The notes beneath the pieces are model-generated. The model made no database searches and was not told the origin of the DNA. It was given only the letters and a program-made list of their open reading frames with translations. Positions 31,936 through 40,362 of a stretch of DNA of 64,000 nucleotides are shown here, piece by piece. The DNA comes from Candidatus Poribacteria bacterium. Its GTDB lineage: Bacteria > Poribacteria > WGA-4E > PCPOR2b. The translations under genes and the position numbers were made by a program. The DNA is taken from the NCBI GenBank assembly GCA_965215015.1, contig OZ244042.1:4448001-4512000 (forward strand), read 5' to 3'. The first letter of the stretch is position 1, and each line of letters begins with the position of its first letter.

Positions 31936-32940
31936 ATGAAAATTACGCAAGTTGATCTTTACGAGGTAGAAATCCCTCCAATTCCACCAATTGCTAAACA
32001 CATTCCCAAGATTTACGACATCACCCTCTGCCGCGTTCAGACCGACGAAGGCATAGAGGGCTGGGGCGAGTACAACGGCACACGATCTGCACATGCGGGA
32101 ACGGCCGAGGCTTACATCGGTCAAGACCTTTTGGCGTTAGACCCATTCGCACAACCCGATGCATTTACCTGTGCACTGCTGGACATCACCGGCCAGATGC
32201 ACGGCATTCCACTCCACCGCTTTTTTGGTCAGAAGGTACGCGACGAGGTGCCAGTCTCCTATTGGTCCTGTCCTATGGAGCCGCATGAGACAGCTGCACA
32301 GGCAGAGGTGGGGGCGCGTTTGGGATTTACAAACCACAAACTGAAGGCGCGTTCTTGGAACATTGTGGAAACGGTGCGCCTCATGAAGGAAGCGGCGGGA
32401 CCGGATTACACCGTCGGCGTGGATCCTAATACGGAATTCAAATATGTACATGTCGCCACGCGTCTGGCGAAACAACTTGAACCTTTCGGAACGGTCGCCA
32501 ACTTTGAGGATCCGGTTCTCAAAAGTAACTTAGATTGGTATCGCTTGTTGCGTGAGAAAACCCATATCCCTCAAGCCTTGCACTTGGGCCCACCGAGTGG
32601 GGTTCTTGCAGCACTCAAGGCAGAGTGCATCGACTACGTGAACTTGGGTGGTTCTGCCCAAAGTGTGCGAAAGTCCGCTGGATTGGCTGAAGCCGCAGAT
32701 GTGCCTTGCTGGGTACAGATGGGGGGGCTCTGTTTGAGCATTCTGGCTGCCTATTCCGTCCATGTGCAATGCACGCTACCCAACGCGACCCTGCCTTGTG
32801 ACGAGTTGCCCCACACGCGCATCGCCGACGTTGTGAAAGAGGGATTAACGATCAAGGCGGGGCATTTTCTGGTGCCGGAGGCTCCAGGGCTTGGTATCAC
32901 AGTGGACATGGGGGTCATTGAAAAGTATCGGGTAGCATAG
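31936..32940 (+). CDS. Mandelate racemase/muconate lactonizing (enolase superfamily) enzyme
   Basis: TDEGI.GWGE, ALLDI.G, KLK, D-PN, EDP, C-terminal P.APGLGI. Confidence 0.85.
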   Translation: MKITQVDLYEVEIPPIPPIAKHIPKIYDITLCRVQTDEGIEGWGEYNGTRSAHAGTAEAYIGQDLLALDPFAQPDAFTCALLDITGQMHGIPLHRFFGQKVRDEVPVSYWSCPMEPHETAAQAEVGARLGFTNHKLKARSWNIVETVRLMKEAAGPDYTVGVDPNTEFKYVHVATRLAKQLEPFGTVANFEDPVLKSNLDWYRLLREKTHIPQALHLGPPSGVLAALKAECIDYVNLGGSAQSVRKSAGLAEAADVPCWVQMGGLCLSILAAYSVHVQCTLPNATLPCDELPHTRIADVVKEGLTIKAGHFLVPEAPGLGITVDMGVIEKYRVA

Positions 32941-32998
32941 GGCGATACACCCCCAGTTCTTACACAAGGTTTCGCTATTCAAGAGAGATTATACCTGA

Positions 32999-33754
32999 AT
33001 GCCGTTAATTGAATTGGAAATCTCCAATCGGGTTGCCACGCTGACCCTGTGCCGCCCTGAAGCCCTGAATGCTATCAATCAAGCCTTATTGCGTGATTTC
33101 GAGGAGGCACTGCGTCAGGTGCGGGTAGCTTCAGAAGTGGCGGTACTTGTTACGCAAGGCAGCGGGCGAGCGTTTTCTGCGGGCAGTGACCTGAAGGAGT
33201 TGGCAGAATGTTCGCCTCAACAGGCGGCTGCGTTTGAGTATGCACACGGACAGGTTTTTACACAGCTAGAAGAACTTTCGCAGATTACCGTCGCGGCATG
33301 GGAAGGATATGTTCTGGGTGGAGGGCTTTTCTTGGGTGTTTACCACGATTTTCGCGTGGCTGCACAGGAGGCCCACATCGGTCTCCCAGAGGTGGCTCAC
33401 GGGTGGACGCCGCCTTGGGGCGTTTCACGATTGGTAGAACTGGTTGGGTATCAAGTTGCCCGAACGTTGATGCTGTGTGGTGGGCAATTTGATGGGGCAG
33501 CGGCGCAGCAGCTCGGCTTGGTCGATGAGGTATGGTCTAGTAAGGAATTTAACACCCAATTGCGTGATTGGATTAAGGAACTCGCCTCACGTCCGAAGGC
33601 TGCACTGGTTGAAACCAAAGCCTTATTGCGTGAGATGCGGGTTCTCGACCACGCCCACTGGGAGCGGCGGACGGTTGAGGCGTTTGAAAGGTGCTATGTG
33701 ACACCGGAGGCACAGCAGTCAGTGCATCAGTTCGCGCAAGTGAAAAAAGAGTAA
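32999..33754 (+). CDS. Enoyl-CoA hydratase/isomerase family
   Basis: RPEALNA, AFSAGSDL, GYVLGGG, GLPE. Confidence 0.9.
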   Translation: MPLIELEISNRVATLTLCRPEALNAINQALLRDFEEALRQVRVASEVAVLVTQGSGRAFSAGSDLKELAECSPQQAAAFEYAHGQVFTQLEELSQITVAAWEGYVLGGGLFLGVYHDFRVAAQEAHIGLPEVAHGWTPPWGVSRLVELVGYQVARTLMLCGGQFDGAAAQQLGLVDEVWSSKEFNTQLRDWIKELASRPKAALVETKALLREMRVLDHAHWERRTVEAFERCYVTPEAQQSVHQFAQVKKE

Positions 33755-33877
33755 TTGAATTCTGAAAACTAAATTTGCTTCGTTTTAACTTTCACAAATG
33801 AAGATTATCAAACTTAATTCTATGAAGCATAAAAAAATCAACTTCTTTCGTTATCCAAGTGGAAAACAAGGAATTCG

Positions 33878-34108
33878 GATGAACTGTCGCGGCCCGATTC
33901 ATCGGGCCGCGTGAGTCGTATAGATACCAACAACGCTGCGCGACAGGTCCAGGCTCAATTCACCAAACACGGTCGCACAACATACCGGGCATTTGATGAG
34001 TCACCGAGGATACCATGACTATTGCGCCATAATCCTGGCTCAACCAACCATAACCATTGCGCGACCTTTTTTGGTGTTGGGTTTGAACATTCAACTCCGT
34101 AAGTCCTA
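33878..34108 (+). mobile_element. MITE-like element, family A (right part), abutting the 12-gene block
   Basis: Mosaic of the 17700-17785 and 14822-14913 modules. Ends TTCAACTCCGTAAGTCCTA. Confidence 0.7.
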
Positions 34109-34135
34109 TTTTATTGGAACACACACAAAAAACAG

Positions 34136-35890
34136 GTGGTGATTAATATAATTGGCGAATTACTACAATATATCTTTAGTCTTGAAGACCCATTTGGTAG
34201 AAACATTGTACGGTTTATTTTCTTTGTATTTGGGCTTGGCGTTATAAACTACGCGGTTCATATACTGCGAATAGAATATGATTATTTCTGCCTCAAACGT
34301 GTTCAAAGCTATATCAAAGGCAACCATGGGCTTGATGATATTTCTCCCGGTTTACTTGACAAATTACGCGCACAGAAATTCATAGTACAGGAATACTTAG
34401 TTATAAGCAGCATTTACAAGCGAATTCGTGATTTAGTCCAGATTAAGCAGAATCACGGGAAAATTGATCATGACGTACTCGGAGACATTCATGCAGGCGC
34501 AGCCAGCAGAAAGGCTGGTTTATCGAACTATATCCTCGGCACTCTCATCATCCTCGGTTTAATTGGAACATTAGGCGGATTAATTACCGCAATTAGTGAA
34601 GTGCAGCCCCTTCTGAGAGACATTCAAGACCTTGACCAGCTCCCCGAAATTCTTGATGCCCTTCGACTTACATTGAGCGGCATGAGCACTGCATTTGTAA
34701 CAACGTTAGCCGGATTAGTAACATCACTCGGTTTAGGGTTATGTGGTTGGCTCTTTAACCTTTCAAACTCTGCTTTTCTCACTAAATTTGAAACAGTTGT
34801 ATCAACGGAAATACTTCCCCACTTCACACAAGCCCCAGAATCCGCCCTTGAATCCTCTATGGATCGACTTCAAGTGAGTGTTGACGAATTTAAATTAGCA
34901 ACGGAAGACAACGTTCGGAGGATGGAACAGGCAATTCAACAATTAACGGAAAAGTCATGGGATGCTTATCTTGAACAACAATATGTCATTACGCAAGAGT
35001 TGGGTAAAATTCCGGCAGAACTTCGGGGAAGTTTAGGAGGGATAAATGAATATCAAGTCCTGATTCAATCCACAGTGGAGTCTTCTGAGGAAACAGCAAA
35101 ACAGTTCATGAATAAAATCTCAGAATTTCAAACCGCTGTGGATACGATGATGAACGATTTTAAGCGGATGACAAAGGAGGCTATATCTCAGGTTTCAAGA
35201 GATCAGGCTACACTGCTTGAGGGTGTAGAAAATGTCGTATCGGAGCTCAGAGAAGAAAGCGCAGGATTAGAAGAGACAATTCGTGAGACTCAGCGTGAGA
35301 CTCAGAGTTCACAAGCAAGATTCGCTGACGAACTTGCTAATAACCTTGCTGACACTCTTATCAAGGGTCTTGATACACAGCTTCAATCAGTGCTTCAACC
35401 CATCACAGATAGTCAACAAGATATGATGGAAGGACTACGTGAAGTTGAGTCGAGGATTAGTTCTGGACTTGAGAATCAGAATCAAGTTTTTGAAAGAATC
35501 AGAACCGAGTTGATAACCAATCGGCAGGAAATTGGTAATAGACTATCGCAATTGATAGGTGAGCTTCAAATTAGACCTACCCTTGAGGCACAGAATCAAG
35601 TGTTTGAGCGAATTGAAGGACATCTACAAGGGCAACATGAATTGGTTGATGAACAAAGGCAAATAATGCAAACATTAGATACTAGTGTGAGGCAACTTGA
35701 ACGAACTTTTCCAAGCGCAGCATCAGATGAACAGCAACGCACAGAGGAAATGTTGAAGCAACTCTCGGCAAATTTTGAAACATTAAACGAAAAGATAGGG
35801 ACATTGAACCACACCATGAGTCAACCTGGTTTGTATCGTTGGGGGGCAGCATGTCTCCGCTGGATCCGAGGTGATCGCAAGTGGCGATAA
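34136..35890 (+). CDS. MotA/TolQ/ExbB-family channel subunit with a long helical tail (ZorA-like)
   Basis: Three TM segments with ILGLIGTLGGL and GMSTAFVTTLAGL, then roughly 350 aa of heptad-rich Q/E/L helix. Confidence 0.8.
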   Translation: MVINIIGELLQYIFSLEDPFGRNIVRFIFFVFGLGVINYAVHILRIEYDYFCLKRVQSYIKGNHGLDDISPGLLDKLRAQKFIVQEYLVISSIYKRIRDLVQIKQNHGKIDHDVLGDIHAGAASRKAGLSNYILGTLIILGLIGTLGGLITAISEVQPLLRDIQDLDQLPEILDALRLTLSGMSTAFVTTLAGLVTSLGLGLCGWLFNLSNSAFLTKFETVVSTEILPHFTQAPESALESSMDRLQVSVDEFKLATEDNVRRMEQAIQQLTEKSWDAYLEQQYVITQELGKIPAELRGSLGGINEYQVLIQSTVESSEETAKQFMNKISEFQTAVDTMMNDFKRMTKEAISQVSRDQATLLEGVENVVSELREESAGLEETIRETQRETQSSQARFADELANNLADTLIKGLDTQLQSVLQPITDSQQDMMEGLREVESRISSGLENQNQVFERIRTELITNRQEIGNRLSQLIGELQIRPTLEAQNQVFERIEGHLQGQHELVDEQRQIMQTLDTSVRQLERTFPSAASDEQQRTEEMLKQLSANFETLNEKIGTLNHTMSQPGLYRWGAACLRWIRGDRKWR

Positions 35891-35912
35891 ACACCCGTAG
35901 GAGAATGCTTCA

Positions 35913-36539
35913 ATGAACCTTCGTATGCGTCAGAACTCTGTCTTGAATATCTGGGCCGCTTTTACCGATGTATTCATAGCGATGCTGCTCATCTTTCTGT
36001 TTTTTATTTTTATTCAATTTATCTCTAACAGCAAACTATTCCTGAAAATCCGAATGGAGAAAAAGCAAGATACGATACAGGAAGCGTTTGAAAAAAGGTT
36101 TGCCAGTGAGATAAGGCAAGGTATTATCTCTATTGAGCGGGACGGCAACCTGCAACGTTTTATGTTTAGCAACCGAATCCTGTTTAGAACCGCTGAGGCA
36201 GAACTGCAGCCACTTGGACGGTCCACCTTGATCCCTGTTGGTAGATTATTACAAAAACACAAAACAGGGTCTTATCAAAGTATACAGATTGAAGGGCATA
36301 CAGACGATGTTCCTATTGTAACACCACAATTCCCATCTAACTGGGAGCTATCGGCAGCACGGGCGATTGCGGTTTTACGCCTTTTTGTTGATGACATCGG
36401 TATTAACCCGAAAATGTTGACTGCAACAGGCTACGGAAAATTCCACCCTGTCGCACCGAATACCACAGTTCACGGACGAGCGAAAAACCGCAGAATTGAG
36501 ATTGTTTTAGTCTATTCCGAAACAGAGAGAATTCAATGA
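35913..36539 (+). CDS. MotB/OmpA-family protein (ZorB-like)
   Basis: WAAFTD (conserved TM Asp) and TM segment. OmpA_C motifs EGHTD, NWELSAARA, GYG..HP, NRRIEI. Confidence 0.9.
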   Translation: MNLRMRQNSVLNIWAAFTDVFIAMLLIFLFFIFIQFISNSKLFLKIRMEKKQDTIQEAFEKRFASEIRQGIISIERDGNLQRFMFSNRILFRTAEAELQPLGRSTLIPVGRLLQKHKTGSYQSIQIEGHTDDVPIVTPQFPSNWELSAARAIAVLRLFVDDIGINPKMLTATGYGKFHPVAPNTTVHGRAKNRRIEIVLVYSETERIQ

Positions 36540-37906
36540 ACATCTGTCCCTACAAAAACGAAAGCACGACATGCGGTTTACTTTCACCAGAAGTAGAGGG
36601 AACAATCGCTTATTGTAACCAGTGTTCTCAGCTTGCTTTTCGGTGTGCTGCAGGGCATTGGAACCGTGCCTTTGCGCGTTATTGCACGCAATGTAGTATA
36701 CGACTTGAGAAGCCCACGGTATGGGACATGGCATCGGGTAATCCGCATCGCACAGCAACATCTTCCACAAACTCAGTGGATGTTAATCTTCCGTTAAATT
36801 CAGGCGTGGTGGATATACCGCCCATAGAATCGGTTGACAACTTGCCGGGACTACTCGCAATTGATGGATTGATTGTTGTGCCAAATCCGCGTCAAAGAAA
36901 GCTTGATGCCTACACGATTGAAAATATACAAAACAGCATCCGTCTAAGGAATCAATGGGAGATTGAATTTGATACACCGTTGACATACGGTTCTACCCCA
37001 ATCTATCATGGACTCCATCTATATTTGGTTGTGTCGGGTGGGATCCAAAAAACGGATATTATTAATGGAGAAACAGAACTTATTAATAATATCAATGGTG
37101 TTGATGCCGATCGGATTGAGCCGATGCCTGGGTGTGCACCACTGAAAAGTGACGTGAACGGTAAGCCGACACTGATCGCTGGCGTGAAAAATGGTATGCT
37201 GCGGTTTGACTTCGCTAACAATATCGGTGAATATATCCAACATCCCTTCTTTGACGAGGAAAAAGGACCTTTGTCGCCTACGCTGTGCGGGAGTCATATT
37301 GTTTTTACATTTAAACGGGGATGCGTATTATCGTTCAACATTGACACATATCCATTGAATAGAAAAAGTCTGTTCCTTGAAAATAGGTACTTTTCGGCAC
37401 CTGTTTCGCTCAACGGTTTGGTCTATTTTGAGGTGTTGAGCGATAGAGGTATGCGTAGCCTCGCACGTTTTGATCCGAATTCAGGACAATTGTCAAACGC
37501 AGCGGATCTGGATCTTCTGCCGAGACGCGCTTTTGAAAGTCGCCCATCCCTGTTCATACATCCGCCGCTTACTAGTGGAAAACGGGTGTTTTTATCCGAT
37601 AGATCAGGAAAGAGCGTCTATACTTACGATAGCGATAGAGGTGCTTCTTTACCGATTAGGCGGTTGCTAGGAAACGATAGTCAGTATCGATTTGTACCGC
37701 ACCAATCCATTGTGGCGAACAATCAGATTTATTCTGCACATTCTTACGGATTAACTATTCTGCCGCTTGGACAAAATAATGCCAATCAACATCATTCGTT
37801 AGCGATGGGACAACCGACCAATCCGACACCCGTTGCACGCCCTATCCGGTATGGAGATAAAATATTCATTTTGTGCAAAGATCGACTCTTATGTCGGGAC
37901 TATTAG
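36536..37906 (+). CDS. Zn-ribbon plus PQQ-type beta-propeller protein
   Basis: YCNQC...C..GH.N...RYCTQC, then WDMASGNPHRT and repeated sP.....vy blades. Confidence 0.6.
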   Translation: MNICPYKNESTTCGLLSPEVEGTIAYCNQCSQLAFRCAAGHWNRAFARYCTQCSIRLEKPTVWDMASGNPHRTATSSTNSVDVNLPLNSGVVDIPPIESVDNLPGLLAIDGLIVVPNPRQRKLDAYTIENIQNSIRLRNQWEIEFDTPLTYGSTPIYHGLHLYLVVSGGIQKTDIINGETELINNINGVDADRIEPMPGCAPLKSDVNGKPTLIAGVKNGMLRFDFANNIGEYIQHPFFDEEKGPLSPTLCGSHIVFTFKRGCVLSFNIDTYPLNRKSLFLENRYFSAPVSLNGLVYFEVLSDRGMRSLARFDPNSGQLSNAADLDLLPRRAFESRPSLFIHPPLTSGKRVFLSDRSGKSVYTYDSDRGASLPIRRLLGNDSQYRFVPHQSIVANNQIYSAHSYGLTILPLGQNNANQHHSLAMGQPTNPTPVARPIRYGDKIFILCKDRLLCRDY

Positions 37907-37920
37907 GAGGTATATTGCGT

Positions 37921-39804
37921 ATGCTCCATTTAATAAATGTTCTAAGATTCACACTCACTATTAGCATATTTCTCATTTTTATCTTATTTCCGCCTATGGC
38001 AGCTGCCAAACATATCATCATAGTTTATGATGTATCTGGTAGTATGGTGAGCCTCAGGGGTGGCGGGCGCGTAATCACATACATGGAATCCGAAGATATC
38101 CGTCGTGTCAATGAATACCTGACAGCCCTCTTATTCACAAATACTTCACAGTCTTTGCGCGATAGGGTCAACGACTCATATATCAAGGAATGTGATGCCG
38201 CGTTTGTCGGTAAACCCCTATACCAAAGTGGCGATGTCCTCACCTACGCCGAGTATGCAGAAGAGCGAACCCCAAAAATTAATAGAGCACAAGTTAGCAA
38301 AAACGAGTTGCAAGGGCAGCTGCCGAATCGGGACTCTCTCAATGGACAGGTCTCTTACTTACTGCGCGCAGAAGTTGAGGTGTATGATGTGTTATACAAT
38401 AATGCAGACGACGAAACGTATTGGGTTTTCGTAACAGATGGTGACATTGATAACAGTGGTAAAAGCGACCCAGATGTATCTAGGATTTTAAGACGACTTG
38501 CTGAAATTGAAGAGGAGTTTTTTGATCCAATGATTTATGGTGTCTTTGTCAATAACCATGTAAAAATTGAAGTCAGGCGACTCCAAAAACGGGACGACAT
38601 CGATTCAATTTTCATTGCTACATCAACGACATCGAAAGAGCCGGTGCAGGAAATTCAACTATCACTAGATGAAGAAGGAAAGTTTTTCAGCGAAACGCTA
38701 ACTATCGACACGGAGAGCTCTGAAAAAACGAAATTTAATCTCAGTAACGTCAATGTGGAGATTGTTGACCGAGATAATAGACCGCTTCAAATAACGAATG
38801 AAGACAACACAACAGGCATTCTCAGTATCGATCCTGTTGAGCTTCATGGGAATCCACCCCCGCATGAATTTCGTATCCTACTTCCCGGCAATCGTGAGAT
38901 CGCTGCACCGGACAACAGGATGAATCTTGAAGTTACCTATAGTTTCAACGGAGAAGATAAAGTTTTTACTGCACCCCAGATGAACTATACTGTGGAAATT
39001 AAAATCATCTATGTTGCCAGACTGAACGATCCCGATCGTCCTGCAAAGCAGTTAGAACTCCTGTTTTCTGACGACAAATATAGTGAATCTTTGACGATTC
39101 AGACTGAAAGTCCAAAGATAGATGCATTTCAGATTGACCAAATCCAATGTCATATTCAATACAGGGATAATCGTAAACTTAGTGATGCGGTTGTGCCAAA
39201 AAACATAAAACGTATAGATGAATCGTTTAGCGTGGAAGTGCCGAAGCAGGATCGTTTGGATTGGTATGGTAACAAGGTTGTCCTTGAAATTGACTATAAA
39301 TATAAAGAGGAAACGTTATCTAAAACAATTGAGATACCCTATAAATTGGTAGGCGGTGGCACTGGTTTCCCAATCTGGCTGCTCTGGGTGCTCCTTGTTC
39401 CAGTTTTAGGTGTAATAGTCTTTTTTCTGATTCGTAAGATAATAGGATGGATAAAAGTTGAACATCGAATTAGGTTGACCCAAGTCAACGAGGCAGGCAC
39501 GCCGTTGCATGAAACAGCGCATTTTACACTCGAAAACAAAATGACTCTTGAATTTGGGCCTCGGGGTCCCAATGAATTACGTTTTGATGTCGGAAGCGAA
39601 GCTTTTCTACATTGCGTCAAGAAAAATCTAATCCTATTTGCGGATGGTGATGATGAGGAAGGACAGATATTGGATTTGCCCGAAACATTAACATTAAGTC
39701 GTGGCGAAGATGAGGACGATGTCTGTGTCAAGTGTGAGATAACGGATGGTGCTTATGACGAACCGGAGGAAGATGATGATGATGCCAACCCACTTGATAT
39801 GTAA
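37921..39804 (+). CDS. Membrane-anchored vWA-domain protein
   Basis: Signal peptide, MIDAS DVSGS, VTDGD, beta-rich middle, TM (IWLLWVLLVPVLGVIVFFLI), acidic tail. AGGAGG RBS before ATG 37921. Confidence 0.75.
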   Translation: MLHLINVLRFTLTISIFLIFILFPPMAAAKHIIIVYDVSGSMVSLRGGGRVITYMESEDIRRVNEYLTALLFTNTSQSLRDRVNDSYIKECDAAFVGKPLYQSGDVLTYAEYAEERTPKINRAQVSKNELQGQLPNRDSLNGQVSYLLRAEVEVYDVLYNNADDETYWVFVTDGDIDNSGKSDPDVSRILRRLAEIEEEFFDPMIYGVFVNNHVKIEVRRLQKRDDIDSIFIATSTTSKEPVQEIQLSLDEEGKFFSETLTIDTESSEKTKFNLSNVNVEIVDRDNRPLQITNEDNTTGILSIDPVELHGNPPPHEFRILLPGNREIAAPDNRMNLEVTYSFNGEDKVFTAPQMNYTVEIKIIYVARLNDPDRPAKQLELLFSDDKYSESLTIQTESPKIDAFQIDQIQCHIQYRDNRKLSDAVVPKNIKRIDESFSVEVPKQDRLDWYGNKVVLEIDYKYKEETLSKTIEIPYKLVGGGTGFPIWLLWVLLVPVLGVIVFFLIRKIIGWIKVEHRIRLTQVNEAGTPLHETAHFTLENKMTLEFGPRGPNELRFDVGSEAFLHCVKKNLILFADGDDEEGQILDLPETLTLSRGEDEDDVCVKCEITDGAYDEPEEDDDDANPLDM

Positions 39805-39917
39805 AGCGCATGAAACAAAAACACACGAAGGATATTTGTTGTAAAGTATTTCTGTTCATGGTATTTTATGGACATACAATTCAGAAATTAATTAACACAT
39901 AGATAATAGGAGATTAA

Positions 39918-40316
39918 ATGGAAGGCATTGCTGATTTTTTTGGAGATCCGTTAGTATGGCCAGCAGTTGTCTACTTTATTGCTTACACTCTTGTATGGAT
40001 AATTGCATGGGCACTCGGTCAGTTGTCCAAGCAGCGAGTAAGTGTTGAACGTGCAGCAGCATTCGCCTGGGGAATTGCGCTTTTTATGCACCTACTCGGC
40101 GGAATTGTACTTATAATATGGCTGTGGGACAGAGCAAATAATCGATTCGCTGAATGGATGCATACAACCCTTTATCTATTATTCTATATAGTCATTATGA
40201 TTGTCGATGTTTGCTTGTTGTTTTCAGTACTAACCAAAAATACGAAAAAAAGAGGGACTGCCGCGCCGATGCCAAAACCAACACGTAAACCTCGTAATCC
40301 AAAAAAGAGGTCATAG
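39918..40316 (+). CDS. Small 3-TM membrane protein with basic tail
   Basis: Three hydrophobic segments, K/R-rich C-terminus, AGGAG RBS. Confidence 0.75.
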   Translation: MEGIADFFGDPLVWPAVVYFIAYTLVWIIAWALGQLSKQRVSVERAAAFAWGIALFMHLLGGIVLIIWLWDRANNRFAEWMHTTLYLLFYIVIMIVDVCLLFSVLTKNTKKRGTAAPMPKPTRKPRNPKKRS

Positions 40317-40362
40317 ACAATGATGTCGGCGAAATCTCTAACTAAATACGAAGGAGAACACG

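Noticed and set aside
34136-36539. Flagellar motAB or canonical Zorya type I/II call
   Set aside because: No flagellar genes are nearby and the tail is too long for MotA. No ZorC/ZorD/ZorE-like helicase or nuclease follows.
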